This document shows, one piece after another, positions 1-13,827 of a stretch of 64,000 bases of DNA. The stretch's first letter is position 1, and each line of letters starts with the position of its first letter. Source of the stretch: Eledone cirrhosa. Its lineage: Eukaryota. Location of the stretch: assembly GCA_964016885.1 (NCBI GenBank), contig OZ024742.1, forward strand, positions 274,040,001 to 274,104,000, read 5' to 3'. The position numbers and the translations under genes are program-made. The notes beneath the pieces were generated by a model. The model was given only the letters and a program-made list of their open reading frames with translations, did not search any database and was not told the origin of the DNA.

Positions 1-474
1 TTTTGGTCAGCTGACCTGCCAACCCCACTAACACAATTAACATTCCCCACATCAACACTCACCCACATTTCTTAACCACCTTCACCCCAACCCCACCCTT
101 AACCTACCCCTACACCCACTAATCCACTAATGGCCTACTACACCCGCACCCAGTTCTACTATTGCACACTTTGTTAGGTCCATTTCATGTGTACACTACA
201 CACAAACATACACGCACATATAGAATCAAACAGATATACACACTCAGTATGTATGTGGACATACCAGTATGTATATATATATATATAATGAGAGAGAGAG
301 AGAATGTCGTACACATCGAAAATACCTACATCTAAAACCACTGGGTTATGTACACACTAACACATACATGTATACACACATACACACGCAACTCACATTT
401 TTATACCACTTCCACACACCTGCCTGTATACACACCCGGTGACACTCCTCCACGGACGCGGCTTTATATATACA

Positions 475-1665
475 CTAGCAGATTTACCCGGGGTTGCTCG
501 GGGTTTGAAATTATGCTAAGAATATACAGCTAGGCAGTAACATTATTTGTCCCAACCTGTCAAAATAAGCAGAAGTCTTCAATAATTAATGCAAACGAAT
601 ATTTATTGCAATCTTTGTACACATAAAACTATGCTGATAATGAAGGAAAACACTGAACAGGATGTAGTTATACAAATGATTAAAGACAATACACGTTGCA
701 AATGTGTAAAAAAACCAGGCAGTTTTGCTAAAGTAGAAAATGTTGTAATGAAAGCAGAGTTGTATACAAACAAAAAAACAATGAGAGTATAATAAGAGAA
801 AATCTATTCTTTGAGAGCATCCTTTGCTGGGTATGGTTAAATTTTTAACTTATAATCCAAAATATCCTGCATGACATATTCATTGGTATATTTTGTAATG
901 AGTAAGGTGAAGTGAAGGCAGAGCTGTAATAAGTTGTTTGTTAACACTAAAGCACTTCAGGATAGACGATATTCTCTGTTTTTTTTCTTTTCGGAACAAA
1001 CGCAAAGAGATTATCTCGACTGTCAACTCGTGAGCAGGCAACGTAGAATTGTGCATGCGAAAATCAAGGTTCATCCAAGTGAATTCCAGTGACGGACAGA
1101 ATTTGACCTTGCGACTTATTTATGGACATCGCAAAGACAACATGAAGGGGAAATTGGCTTTGGCGAAAGGAGAAGGGAGTATCCACGCCTGATGTAGTCA
1201 GGCTAATTTTTGTTATTATCACATCCTCACCTTTTCCACATCCGGATAGAATGGTAGCGTCAACACTAAGTGGAGACAGTTTTTTAACCACAAGGCGTGT
1301 ACCATTGCATAGCTTTGGAGGAGTGATATTTCTCAGCAAAATAACTGGCGTTCCCTCTTTCAGAACCAATGTATTAGGAGGTAAACCAATTTCAGAAATG
1401 TTGGTTATCTCCCTTTTTTTATAAGGATTGTCAATAATGTTTGTTATCTCCCTTACATCAATTTTTCTACGGATAATTTTGATATCGATTTTTTTATTGC
1501 TCAACGTGGGTCGATTTGAAAAATGTTTGTGATGTGACAAAATTAGCGACCTGTGCAACGTACACAGAAACTTTGGTCAAATTCGGTTGGTAATTGTGAA
1601 AGCCTTATGCATGCACATTTGTACACAGACACACACACACATCCTCGCTTTTATATATATAAAGA
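475..1665 (-). mobile_element. Non-autonomous Helitron carrying a PIF1 helicase fragment
   Basis: On minus it begins A|TCTTTATATATATAAAAGCGAG (1665) and ends with the hairpin CCCGAGCAACCCCGGG followed by CTAG|T (475), the Helitron TC...CTAG termini in an AT target. Confidence 0.8.
1064..1400 (-). pseudogene. PIF1-family helicase C-terminal fragment (Helitron RepHel)
   Basis: ORF 1064-1558 contains GLPPNTLVLKEGTPVILLRN, LCNGTRL and QFPLHVVFAMSINKSQGQ, which are PIF1 2B-domain and motif V/VI sequences. Confidence 0.9.
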
Positions 1666-2152
1666 TATACACGCTTCCGCACACACACAATTATAGAAGC
1701 CACAGTTACCACTACAAATCATTTATTATTTACTACTATTTCCTTCTCCCGCCTCCTCTGCCTCTCTGATCAATTCCCACACACAATACCTCTTTCATCT
1801 TACTTGCTTCTACCACTATCCCTTACCTCTTCCGGTATGCGTGCGCCACCATTTCTCTACTACTTCACTACTACCACTTCGCTTCCGCTTTCCGCTACTC
1901 TCTAACTTTCAGCCTTGACCATCGGCACACACACACACTCACACAGCAGCACATATACAGAAATATACACTCTCACAGACATGAACACCATTCCTAAACA
2001 CTCATAAGTACACACACACTAATACATTAACTTACAGAACTCATACACACTATCAACACTCACAATTACCAACAGAACGACGTGCTCTTACTTATTATTT
2101 AACATAATCTCCCACACAAACGTTTCTTTTCCAGACACGGATACTTACATAA

Positions 2153-2154
<2 letters not shown>

Positions 2155-2227
<73 letters not shown>

Positions 2228-2252
2228 TACACACACACACACACACGCACAC

Positions 2253-2298
<46 letters not shown>

Positions 2299-2300
2299 TC
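2155..2300. repeat. (CA)n microsatellite
   Basis: Direct inspection. Confidence 0.95.
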
Positions 2301-2607
2301 ACATCTACATATATACACACACTTATCACTTTGTCATATCTTCCTAGACACTGAGTACTTTTGCAGCCACCTCTACCCTCACCACATTCTCCCTTTTGAC
2401 CAAAACACCACACACTACCACAACCATGTTACCCTCTACTCTACCTCATGTTATACCTATACCCCCTATCCCTTTTATTTTTATTTTTACTTTCTATTTT
2501 TTCTATTTCTTACATTATACTTCCCTATTTAAACGCCCCCTCACTCCGCGGTCTTCCTGTTCTCTCCCTATCCGAACTTTCGTGATGACGGGCGTCTGTC
2601 AGAAAAG

Positions 2608-2611
<4 letters not shown>

Positions 2612-2672
<61 letters not shown>

Positions 2673-2673
2673 C

Positions 2674-2763
<90 letters not shown>
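2612..2763. repeat. (TA)n microsatellite (one of more than 25 in the window)
   Basis: Direct inspection. Confidence 0.95.
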
Positions 2764-2765
<2 letters not shown>

Positions 2766-3268
2766 AATATCAAATATTGAGTTATAAACTCGAAATAGAC
2801 TTTTACAATTAAATAGCTCAAAGAAGGGAATATTTCGGAACCGTGTAATACAAATGAATATATGAGGGATGAACACCTATACAATTATACATGTGTTCGA
2901 ATTGCAAATGACCAAGTTAGTTAGGTTGAAAAATACTAATTTAATACTGGTTTACCAGTCTCGATTATTTATAATAATAAATCAATAAAAATAACAAACC
3001 TATATTCGCAATAGCCGTGATACCCGGACAAATTCTACATTGGTTTCGCAACAATTAAGTGAAATTTCCTGGATACCCGCAGAAGTGCACAGGAATAGTA
3101 ACACTCTCTCTTTCTATATGTATGGTAGTTGAAGTGGTGGTGGTCGCGACGATATATCGGAAGTGTAGAAATGTGAATGAAAATTTGAAAAGATGTCAAT
3201 TTTAATGATTTATGTGTACGAAATTTAGGACATAAATTATGTAATATTCATTCATTATTTATTCAAAG

Positions 3269-3450
3269 TGGATTGGCAGTATCGGTAGAGGGTCGGACGC
3301 CATGCTTTCCAGCATAGTTACGTCCCTTTACGATGTGAGTTCAAATCCCGCCGAGGTTGACTTTGCCTTTCATCCTTACGGGGTCAATAAAATAAAGTAC
3401 CAGTAATGCACTGGGTAATTGCTGGCCCTGTGCCTAAAGTAGAAACAATT
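3269..3450 (+). mobile_element. tRNA-derived SINE (octopod-like)
   Basis: Pol III A-box TGGCAGTATCGG, B-box GAGTTCAAATCCC and an ATT-rich tail. Three further copies occur at 29503, 62369 and 63606. Confidence 0.85.
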
Positions 3451-3606
3451 ATTTATTCAAAGTAATCCAACTGGATTAAAAGAAATAAACTGTACACAGT
3501 CCATCAGTCCTGACTTTATTATAGTTTAGATTATTGTTCACTCACGAATACACTTAGGTATCCACCACATTGAGAGCTAAACAATATATCAATATATATA
3601 TATATA

Positions 3607-4900
3607 CGATGATATTAAATAAGTGGAAACTATATTTATAAAACCATATTTATTTTATTATTTAGAACTATTATTTATAACTATATATAAATTATAATTA
3701 CACTTATAATATTTCTACTTATTTCCATAACAATCTTATCCACTTGGTTTTAATATATTGATTTCTCTAAATCATATCTATAACATTTGCTACAATTTCA
3801 CTTCTTAAAGTTTCATAAAATATATACATATATAATTCTAATTTTTTTTAAATTTAAATTTTAATTTTAATTGTAATTTAAATCTTAATAAATTTTAATT
3901 CTTTATTTTTTATTTCTTTCATTTTTTATCTCTTTTTAAAAATTACATATTTTTTCAAAATTACTAATCTCTTATAAATTATTTTTTTAAAAAATGTTCT
4001 AAATTATTTACATTTTTTCAATCTCTTTTATTAGATTTATTAACTAATTCTGGCTAAATATATCTTTCAACATTTATATTTATTTTGACAAAATAGTCTC
4101 AAACTAACGAATAAATAAACAAAACTGGAGTTTTCCGTATCTTCCCATTTTAAAATATAAAAATATAAATATTCTTATTAACTCAGTTAATTTAATTTAA
4201 TTTAACTATAATTTACTTACATTAAATACAAAACCAATATGACTCATAACTCATTAAATCAATTATCTATAACACGATATACCCATCTATTCATTTATTT
4301 ATCTATTTATCTATTTATTTATTTATTTATTTATCTATCTACTTATAACAGAAAATATTATATTAGAAACGAAATTTAAACAACTAATAATCGTAAATAC
4401 GCGTACTATTAGATATATACTTAGAATATATTTCCTCCAAATTAACGTTATATGAGTTTTATTCATCTTCTCTTGTCTATTTCTTCTCTCTATCTCTCTC
4501 GTAATATTTTTTATCTTTATCCCCTTACATTTTTTCTCTCTCTCTTTCTCCAGTCTCATTTAAATAAACGGTTGTTTTTCAATTATTTACATATTCATTT
4601 GCATATTCACACATAAGTTTCAATAATCCCTAATATATTTCCACTATCCAGTGAATTTCTAACCGATAAGGTATGATTTTTATGGGTATGTCTCTATTTA
4701 TAAAACAAACTTTGTATTTTATCTGATGAAAGCGTACCAATGTTGTCTTGATTACCCTTGAAATATATATAATAAAATAAATATGGTTTTATAAAAATTA
4801 GTTTACATTTATTTAATATCAGTGAATATTTACTCCAGTAAACTGTTGAGTGCTCTAAATCAGTTATAAACATTTATATTTGTCGGACTTCCAACAAATA
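3607..4900 (+). mobile_element. Decayed PLE-derived element with inverted 5' copy of its 3' end
   Basis: 3607-3662 is the reverse complement of ~4765-4820. A hammerhead lies at the 3' end and the left end abuts (TA)n. Confidence 0.5.
4715..4779 (+). ncRNA. Minimal type-I hammerhead ribozyme (family B)
   Basis: TATTTTAT-CTGATGA-AAG...CTT-GAAA-TATATA-TA|ATAAAATA: 8-bp stem I, canonical core, palindromic stem III. Confidence 0.75.
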
Positions 4901-4989
4901 ATAATAATAAATTTGAAGACTAAAATCCAAAGAGGGCTCGATAAGGATAAATATATATCAAATATATAAGAACCGTAGAGCAAAAATTT

Positions 4990-5500
4990 ATTAAAATAAC
5001 AGATTAAAGTTTAAGCAAAGAATCGCTGCTTTCACCCTTAACGGGATCTTCTGAAACTAACAAAGTCAATCTGTAAACGCAGAAGTGGATATTTCAAAAA
5101 ACGTTGCAACCGGAGGAAAACAGGAAGACGATACTTTGGTTCGTGGAAACGTTTCCTGGCAAAGAACGGGAAAAAACGAATATAATACGTCATTAATAGG
5201 AACGGTGAAAAACAATTACGCGCAAAGACAGAACCACGTTTATGATATAAAAGAGGTCGTAGACTAATGTTCTCTTAGGTGGTTCATAGAGACGTTCTCT
5301 GGCAATGAACGGAAAAAAACGAAGATAATACGTCATATGTGGAGCGTGGAGAACAATTGCACGCAAAGACAAAACCACGTAAATGGTATATCAGAAGTCG
5401 TAGACTAAAATTCTAACTAGGAGACCAAATGAATCTCCGCTTCAAAGTTAAGAACGAAGTAAAATAAAATAAAAACGATTGACATATAAATAAATATAAT
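4990..5500 (-). mobile_element. Dispersed ORF-less repeat family C (hammerhead-ended, internal ~120-bp duplication)
   Basis: Reverse complement of 55860-56372. Other copies at 8775, 25730, 34290 (partial) and 35455. Hammerhead at 5009-5057. Confidence 0.8.
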
Positions 5501-5886
5501 AAGCATTACCAGGGGATAATTTGTAAAGGATGTAAAAAAAGGATGTAAAAAAATTATAATTCCAAAATGCGGGATATTTAATTTATAAATACCTTACATT
5601 CAGTAATTATTCATATCATCTAATACACCTCATATAATTGTTTAAGAATATGTATCACTAAATAAATGGCAGAGTTCAATAGCCGAATCAGTGTAATTAC
5701 TATTTATTATCAATAATAGAAAATGTACGCATGGATATGAATAATTACTGAATGTCAGGTAATTTCTAATAAAATATGCTACCTTTTGGAATTATATGTC
5801 CTTAGTTAATTTTATTTTATCTCCTGTCAATATTTGATATATTTAGATATATGTCAATCGTTTTTGTTTGTATTTTTACTATAAGG

Positions 5887-7173
5887 TAGCTGAATTACCC
5901 GGCCTTTCCCGGGTTACAGCTTTTCTTATTCAGATTAGTAAACAAGAAATATGAAGATATGTATTTTTTTCTCATAATTATTTCAAAATATCTACATTAA
6001 AAAAAAATATATAACAAAATCGTAATGATAATAGGATTTAGAAATAAAAATCTGTAAAACTTGAAGTACCTTAGGGTAAACATTGTTCATTGTGTAATTT
6101 TTTGTTTGTGTCCAAATGAATAAATTGATGCTACACAGTGACACACATACACTTTACATACACTCACATACATAAACTAAGACAGACACACACAGACATA
6201 CATTCTCTCAGATACAAGCATAACTTTACACTTCATTTCTTCTCAGTCACCTCATATGGATATATATGTGTAGAAGTGTGTGTGTGTATTTAATAGCGTA
6301 CCTAATGAACGCACACACTGACACTCATAGACACATGTATTCATATACAAAATATAACGTCGTTGTGTTGTTTCTATTGTTTTAATTCAAATAAAATTTA
6401 AAATGATTACACATATACTCACACACCCACACACTCATACACACACACACCCTCACATGCACTTACACACATATACTCTCTCACATATACTCACATACAA
6501 ATAGACTCTCACATACACTCGCAAACAATTACTAAGACATACACACAGAGACATACATTCACGCACACCTATTACTTGTCAGTCATCACATATTTATCAG
6601 TATGTGTAGATGTGTGTGTGTGTGTTTAATTCTATGAGGCCTAACATTTAAATAAAAGTTATCACTCATACACACACACACATGCACTCACACATACACT
6701 CACATACATATACTAAGACAGACACACACATATATACATTTACGCATACCTATTACTTGTCTTTAAACACATATGTATGTGTAGATGTGTGTTTGTGGTT
6801 AATTCTCTGTGTGTGAAGATAATGTGTATTCAACTTACTAAGGCTATATGTATGTGTAGATATGTGTGTGTGTGTTTAATTCTCTGATCCCTAACGTATG
6901 TAACGAACTCGCAAACATACACACACTGACAGACACATACACACCCACATACAAAACGTGACGTCGTCGTCGTGGTGGTTTACTATAGTTGACTATAGAA
7001 ATATTATCTTAGACAAAATGTTATATTGTTCTAATTTAAATGAAAATAAAAAATTAAATGTTGAAACTCCAGGGGGTCTATTAGCTTGCAAAATTTGATT
7101 TGATTTGGTGGAGGTTTGAGAACACATAGGAAAAGCCACACAGACAGACAAATAATTGTATATATAGAGAGAG
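5887..7173 (-). mobile_element. Non-autonomous Helitron-like element rich in CA/GT repeats
   Basis: On minus: 5' TCTCTCTCTATATATACAATT...GTCTGTCTGTG, 3' hairpin ACCCGGGAAAGGCCGGGT followed by CAGCTAC (decayed CTAG). Confidence 0.55.
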
Positions 7174-7736
7174 ATGCTTGGATGTATTCCCTACAATCTT
7201 TAGACCTTTCCATACAGGCGATATGGTGCTTGTCTAAAATTGTTCAGACATGTTCCTAAATAGTTTTGTAGTAGAGCTTCATATAGTTCAAAAGGTTTGG
7301 CTGCTAATTTTAGCTATCAATATAACTTTCACGTCACCGGGACAATAATTAGACCTAGAGGTTTAAAAGCACATGCGTGTGAGGTGTGAGTTCATGGTTT
7401 GATCTACCTCCAACACATGATTCATTGATTCAGCTGTTGAACGCCATTTAATTGTTGAAACACATTATAAGCAATAATAGAATATATATATGCAAGGATA
7501 TGAATCATTTCTGAAATTTAGGTATTTACATTTAAATTATGGCACCTTTTGGAATGATATGTTTTTTACATCCTCACATCCTGTTAATGCTTCATATATG
7601 TATGTATATGTCAATGTTTTATTTTAATTATTAATACATGGTCGGTATCCATACTTTAGAAACCTTAGAGTTCCTTACAAGTGATATGGCGCTTCTCTCA
7701 ACATTTTTTAAGACACTACATCCTTATTGTTGTTCG

Positions 7737-7769
<33 letters not shown>

Positions 7770-7904
7770 CAGTTGTATGGTTACATGAAAAATGCATCTG
7801 TAGGCGGTATACCACATGAGCACTCGATGCTCGAGCGGAGCAGGGGTTAATATTATAAAGATAACGAACAAGGATTCAGTGTTGCATCATAACATATTCA
7901 ATAA

Positions 7905-7994
7905 CGTATTACATATGTTTCACTATCGATCAACTCGAGGCAAGACCTATCATGGATCGAACCTGATTCTGTAATCGAAAGGTCGTCAGATATG
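7905..7994 (-). ncRNA. Hammerhead ribozyme with extended stem II (family E)
   Basis: Minus strand reads CATAT-CTGACGA-(~60-nt hairpin)-GAAA-CATATG-TA|ATACG. Homologous to 54950-55036. Confidence 0.7.
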
Positions 7995-8774
7995 CTTAGT
8001 ATATGAGTTCGTCTCCGATTGTGTGTGTTCAAATCTTAAGCTATTAACTGTCTATAGCACATATTAGCATCATGTTAATTTACGCCTGTTCTTTGGCTCA
8101 ATTATCCCATCATCATAATCAGTCTATCCTCGGCGTGGTGACTCTCTCTCCCCCGCCCAGGCTGTCGTGTGCGTCCATGTGTGGGAGGTCGTTGGCCTAA
8201 CATTTACTGTTAGATTTAATGTTCGTATACCACCGATATCTCCACATATACATATTATATATATATACATATACACACACTCACATATACATATACACAC
8301 ATAGATACAGTCATATTCGTACACATACGCAGATACACATATATACATACCTCTATATGTAAATCGACACGAACGTATATGTATACGCGGTCATATGTGT
8401 ACATCCACAAAAATACATGTGCACACCCATACATCCCATATATAAATATGTAGATAAATGTATACCCATATTTATATATATATATTATAAAGCTGACGGC
8501 CGTCTGTATGTAACAAACCTTTCGCCAATCGGCTGGACCAAACAGCACCAAATTTGCACCATAGATGTAATTTTTTCCATGTATGAAAGTGAGGGTATTT
8601 TTGTCTTCTAAATTCCGTTAAAAGATTAAAGATATTTTATCGTTTATTTAAATATTCACTTCTTATAATTTTTCAAAACTCAACACTTCCGGTTATACAA
8701 CATTCCCCTCTCTTTCATAGTCTGTCTTTTTAGATAGTTACATAGATATAACGTCGCACGCTTATAATAAATGT

Positions 8775-9411
<637 letters not shown>

Positions 9412-9494
9412 GCATACTCCAGTCCCACAAACTGTAGAGTGCTTCTTATCCGATATCTGCATTGCTTTATTGTACTACAATAAAACTCACCTCC

Positions 9495-9558
<64 letters not shown>

Positions 9559-9739
9559 TATATTCGTGTACAGATACTTTTGCATACACAAAAACAAAAT
9601 ATAACCAAACGTATTTATTTCACGAAAGCACAGACAACTTATCGTCATTGTTACTGCCGATATGCCAACCAAAAAGTCCTAGGCTGGCCGCAAGATCAGA
9701 TCTTCGAGAAGAAAAAATGTTACTAGAGCAACAGAAAAA

Positions 9740-9930
9740 CTAAGCTTCGCGATTACCATCAACAAGGCTCAGGGTAAAACCCTAAAAGTGGCTGGCCTTC
9801 ATCTGGGAAAACCATACTTCTTCCATGGTCTATCGTATGTAGGATGCTCTAGGGTGAGATCGCCAAACAATCTCTTCATATTTTCTCCCGAGGGCCGAAC
9901 AAAAAATATTGTATACTCTGGCCCTCTAAC
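9740..9930 (+). pseudogene. PIF1 helicase C-terminal fragment (Helitron)
   Basis: Translates LSFAITINKAQGKTLKVAGLHLGKPYFFHGLSYVGCSRV...TKNIVY. Confidence 0.85.
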
Positions 9931-10279
9931 AATTTAATTTATGTATTTTCTGTTACTTTGAATTTCCATTATGGTTGTACAAATTATTGTAGAATTTGTT
10001 ATAAAATGTGTTCTCTGTTCAGTCTTTATTGTTGTAACTATCAAATTTCTTTAACGTACTGACTGAAGAACTGGGGAATCCTAATAATTTGTCAAACCCA
10101 ACATCACTGCACGTTAATAATCCCCCCCCCCCTATTCCTCCTCGCAGTATTGTGAGGGCGTGCGGTATATTTGCACTGGGCTGCAGGGGGGTAATCCTGA
10201 AAATAGAAAATGCCGGTATACCTAGCCGGGCGCCAGGTGGACGGACTAGTAAGTATATATATATATATATATATATATC

Positions 10280-12360
10280 GTCAGTATCGTCCGAAACATC
10301 AAATTCAGACCTAGGTAGGGCCAGCAATAATATCATAGATAGAATACTACCGGTACTTAGGAATAAATCTAGGCTTAGAGTATGAACCTCCACGAAGGAG
10401 GTAATTGACTGGTTCTAGTTATTAGCTAGCAAGCAACAGTTAAATTTCATTCAATTGGAGATAGCGAATTACTACGCGTCCATATCATCAGTAATCGTGA
10501 ACAAGGCCCTCATGGACTCTAGTGAGTCCAACCTCACTAGAGAGGAAGCAAGCATCATAATAGGAACGAGAAAGACGCTAATTAGCTTCGACAATAAATT
10601 ATGGGAGAGGAGGGACATACCCGACAGTTTCAATATTACTATGGGTTCTAGTAACTCTGCGCAGGTGACGGACCTGGTGGAATATATCTCCTCCAAAGGC
10701 TAGCGGAGGAGATCCCAGGGATAGGTGGAGGAATATGTAGAGTCGACGCACTATTTACCTTCCTCTCCCTAAATCCCAGCCAGCTAGAGCGTATGAGGAA
10801 GCGCATATCACATTTTTTTTAAGCAACACGGCTTATCCGTGCTGATAGATCATAGCACAATAACGGTGAATTTCCTTGATGATACTCTGGAACTGAATAC
10901 AGGCATACACCGACCATGCCACAAGCCCAACGAGAACCTGCAATATATTAACAGGCACTCGAACCACCCCAAGTCCGTCATAAAAGCCATAGTAGAAGGG
11001 GTATCCAAACGCGTATCCACCCTGTCGGCTAACGCAGACGTGTTTAACCAGCACGGCAATAATTATAAGGAGGCACTGCGCAGGGCCGTTACACAGAAGC
11101 CATAGTGTAGGCCCTGGACAGAGAAGGGCCTAGCGGTGCGTCACCCGGATATGAGGATAACAATAGTACTTCCATAGGAAGACAGTACAACACGAAACTA
11201 GCATCTGGGAATAGGAGTAGCAGTATAGATTACCGCAGGGACTCAAGACTGACACTAAGAGAGACGAAGGCACACGTGGATGGCAGACCACGCAGTACAC
11301 GCAGACGGAATCACGGCACGGACACAATACGCGACGTGGACACTAGAACTAGAGACAGGGTAAAGACAGATACGGACGTGAAACAAGGTAGAAAAAAACA
11401 CCCGGATCAGTAGCAATGAATTTGCCCCGACAACAGCACCAGATAGCATTAACGAGACAACTAGTAGAGCCGACAATATAGAACGGAATACTTCAGTAAG
11501 CGAACGGCGAAACCCCGACGCACATGGTAGGTATATAGATAGCGGCAACATAGGGGAAGAATTAACGGGCAAACACAACCCGAGACGGACACCTGACCCA
11601 ACACACATTACCACTACTACACACAGACGACGGAATAGGACAACGTCTAAGACCATTACATGGTTTAACGCGCCGTATTCGAAGCAAGGATGCAGCAATG
11701 TGCAAGGCCTCGTCTTCCAAGCCTTAGACGAGTGCTTCCCATCCTCGAGCAGGTACAGCGATATCTTCAACCGCCACACGGTGAAGTTCTCCTTTTCCAC
11801 TGCACCTAAAATGGCAGACTACATGGCCAATACCAACGCAGTAAAGTTGGAGAAACTCGACTATCAACAGCGGCGGGCGAATGACGGTAACGTGGGGCAC
11901 GGATGGCCCCTTGCAGACTGGGTCTCCGACTACACTCCGAACCCCACGGCGGTCGCCATGCCCGCGGAAGACGCTGTAATCGAATGCCGGGCGGAAATCA
12001 GCAGCGGAGGGGGAACTACCGCACCGACAGAACACACCCAGAGAATAGGGAATTGCCGTGGTAAACCAAGGGCAGTGTTGGAAATTATCAACAGAACGAC
12101 CGAATTTGCACCTGCATTTTAGTTACACGTTTCAACATTTTAGTTACACGTTTCGACATTCGTTATGCTCCGATGATTCCAGACTTCCCTCTGGAAGAAA
12201 ACATTGTCAACAAATAAATGTTCTAAACGAAATTGTGATCGTTTTAACACTTTGTATCTCGGCTCTGTAAAACACTTAACAATTTGCATTGAGTCTTTTG
12301 TCATACCGGGAACCGGCTAATACTTAGTGCTACCCTACATATTTATAGTTATATCAAACT
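10280..12360 (+). mobile_element. Decayed Penelope-like element (Nematis-type RT), no EN seen, hammerhead-like 3' end
   Basis: SNSDLGRASNNIIDRI...EVIDWF, ITMGSSNSAQVTDLV, YINRHSNHP, WFNAPYS...IFNRHTVKFSFS. CCGATGA...GAAA motif at 12166-12212. Confidence 0.85.
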
Positions 12361-12383
12361 TATATAAATATAAATACTCTTAT

Positions 12384-12441
<58 letters not shown>

Positions 12442-12443
<2 letters not shown>

Positions 12444-12690
12444 CGAGGAGACTGAGGTTAGCTGGACATGCTCACCGACATCCAGCGTTGACACTGCTCT
12501 CAGTGCTCCTGTGGGAGCCCCTGCATGGACACACTGGAAGAGGAAGACTGAGGTTAACATATGTTGATGCCCTAAGGACAGACACTAGTCTCTTGGAGGC
12601 GCAGGACATGGCAGCGATAACGAGGAACAGAGCCCGCTGGAGAGAACTCGGGCTTTTTACCCGGCCTAGATATATACACACTTGATGTAC
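12442..12690 (+). mobile_element. RTE-clade LINE 3' end fragment
   Basis: RRLRLAGHAHRH...LLWEPLHGHTGRGRLRLTYVDAL...NRARWR matches the RTE C-terminal motif. Confidence 0.8.
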
Positions 12691-12769
12691 CAACTCATAA
12701 TATTATAAAAATAAAAAAATAAAATAAAATAGATTAGAACTACAAGTAAAGTCATTATATACCTTTTTT

Positions 12770-12800
<31 letters not shown>

Positions 12801-12803
<3 letters not shown>

Positions 12804-13827
12804 AGATAGAAAAATGCGTGCAGCAAAAAAATGTAATATTGTTGGAATATAAACCTTTAAAAATACAGGACAAGAAACTAAAATAAAACTTTAAAAGAAT
12901 AGGACAAGAAACTAAGATAAAACTTTAAAGAATTGGACAAGAAATATAAAATTTTATAATAATATTAGTGGCAAAATTTTTATTGGTAAAAAATCGAGTT
13001 CCCATTCATAGGCTCTGGGCTCCACATTCAAAGGTCGTCGTCAGACCGGGAGGATCATTTGATCCTGGTTTGAATACCAATTGGGCCATAACCATACCCC
13101 TATTTCATCATTCGGCGACACGCCTCATATGTCATGCATAATGTGAATGGACCCATGGGCCCATGAGCACAGATCTTGAGCAGCAGCGGATGGTCTTGTC
13201 GTCCCGCTCATCCTTGATCTTGACCAGCCCGTCTATCTTCTCCTTGCATCTTGTCCTTGAGTTCAAGTCCGGCAGTCCAGATGAATGCGTGCCACAGCTT
13301 TCTGGTACAGGAAGGGGGAGCAGGAGGACTGGAGGGATGACGAGACAGAGGGAGGGAGGACCGGTGGTTGAGGGAGGTGCCGTAGTCGGTGGTCAGAGTC
13401 GACATCTTGTCCCGGTTGTCTTCTCCATCTTCGTCTGGTGTTGCGGGACCAGAAGTGCATTCTTGGAGGAGACCTGCAGCTGCATCGGCCAATTCTTCTT
13501 GCACTGGTCATTCTGACGGAGCAGAACTGCTCAGCCAACCAACCCCAACCAGAACCAACAGCTCAGGGGCAACGCTCAATGAGAGCATGACAATTATTAT
13601 GCACTAATCAAGAAGATACTGGGGCATAGCACAGGAAACGAATAAAAAAATGTTACCACTAATATTATTGTAACATTTTTTATTTCTTGTCCAATTCTTT
13701 AAAGTTTTATCTTAGTTTCTTGTCCTATTCTTTTAAAGTTTTATTTAAGTTTCTAGTCCTGTATTTTTAAAGGTTTATATTCCAATAATATTACTTTTGT
13801 TTGCTGTACGCATTTTTCTATCTGGTC
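12801..13827. mobile_element. Element bounded by ~185-bp inverted repeats with a GC-richer unidentified core
   Basis: 12801-12985 is the reverse complement of 13641-13827, with internal GGACAAGAAA repeats. The left end is in (TA)n. Confidence 0.75.

Noticed and set aside
2575-2612. GTGA-TGACGG GCGT CTGTCA-GAAA hammerhead-like motif before (TA)n
   Set aside because: Core and stem III are too degenerate to call.
2095-2884. ORFs of CV/YI/HT dipeptide repeats (also near 8.1k, 15.4k, 28.1k, 34k, 47.2k and 57.6k)
   Set aside because: They are translations of (CA)n, (TA)n and (AAT)n microsatellites, not genes.
3275-3350. tRNA gene
   Set aside because: It has A and B boxes but no cloverleaf and continues into a multicopy SINE body.
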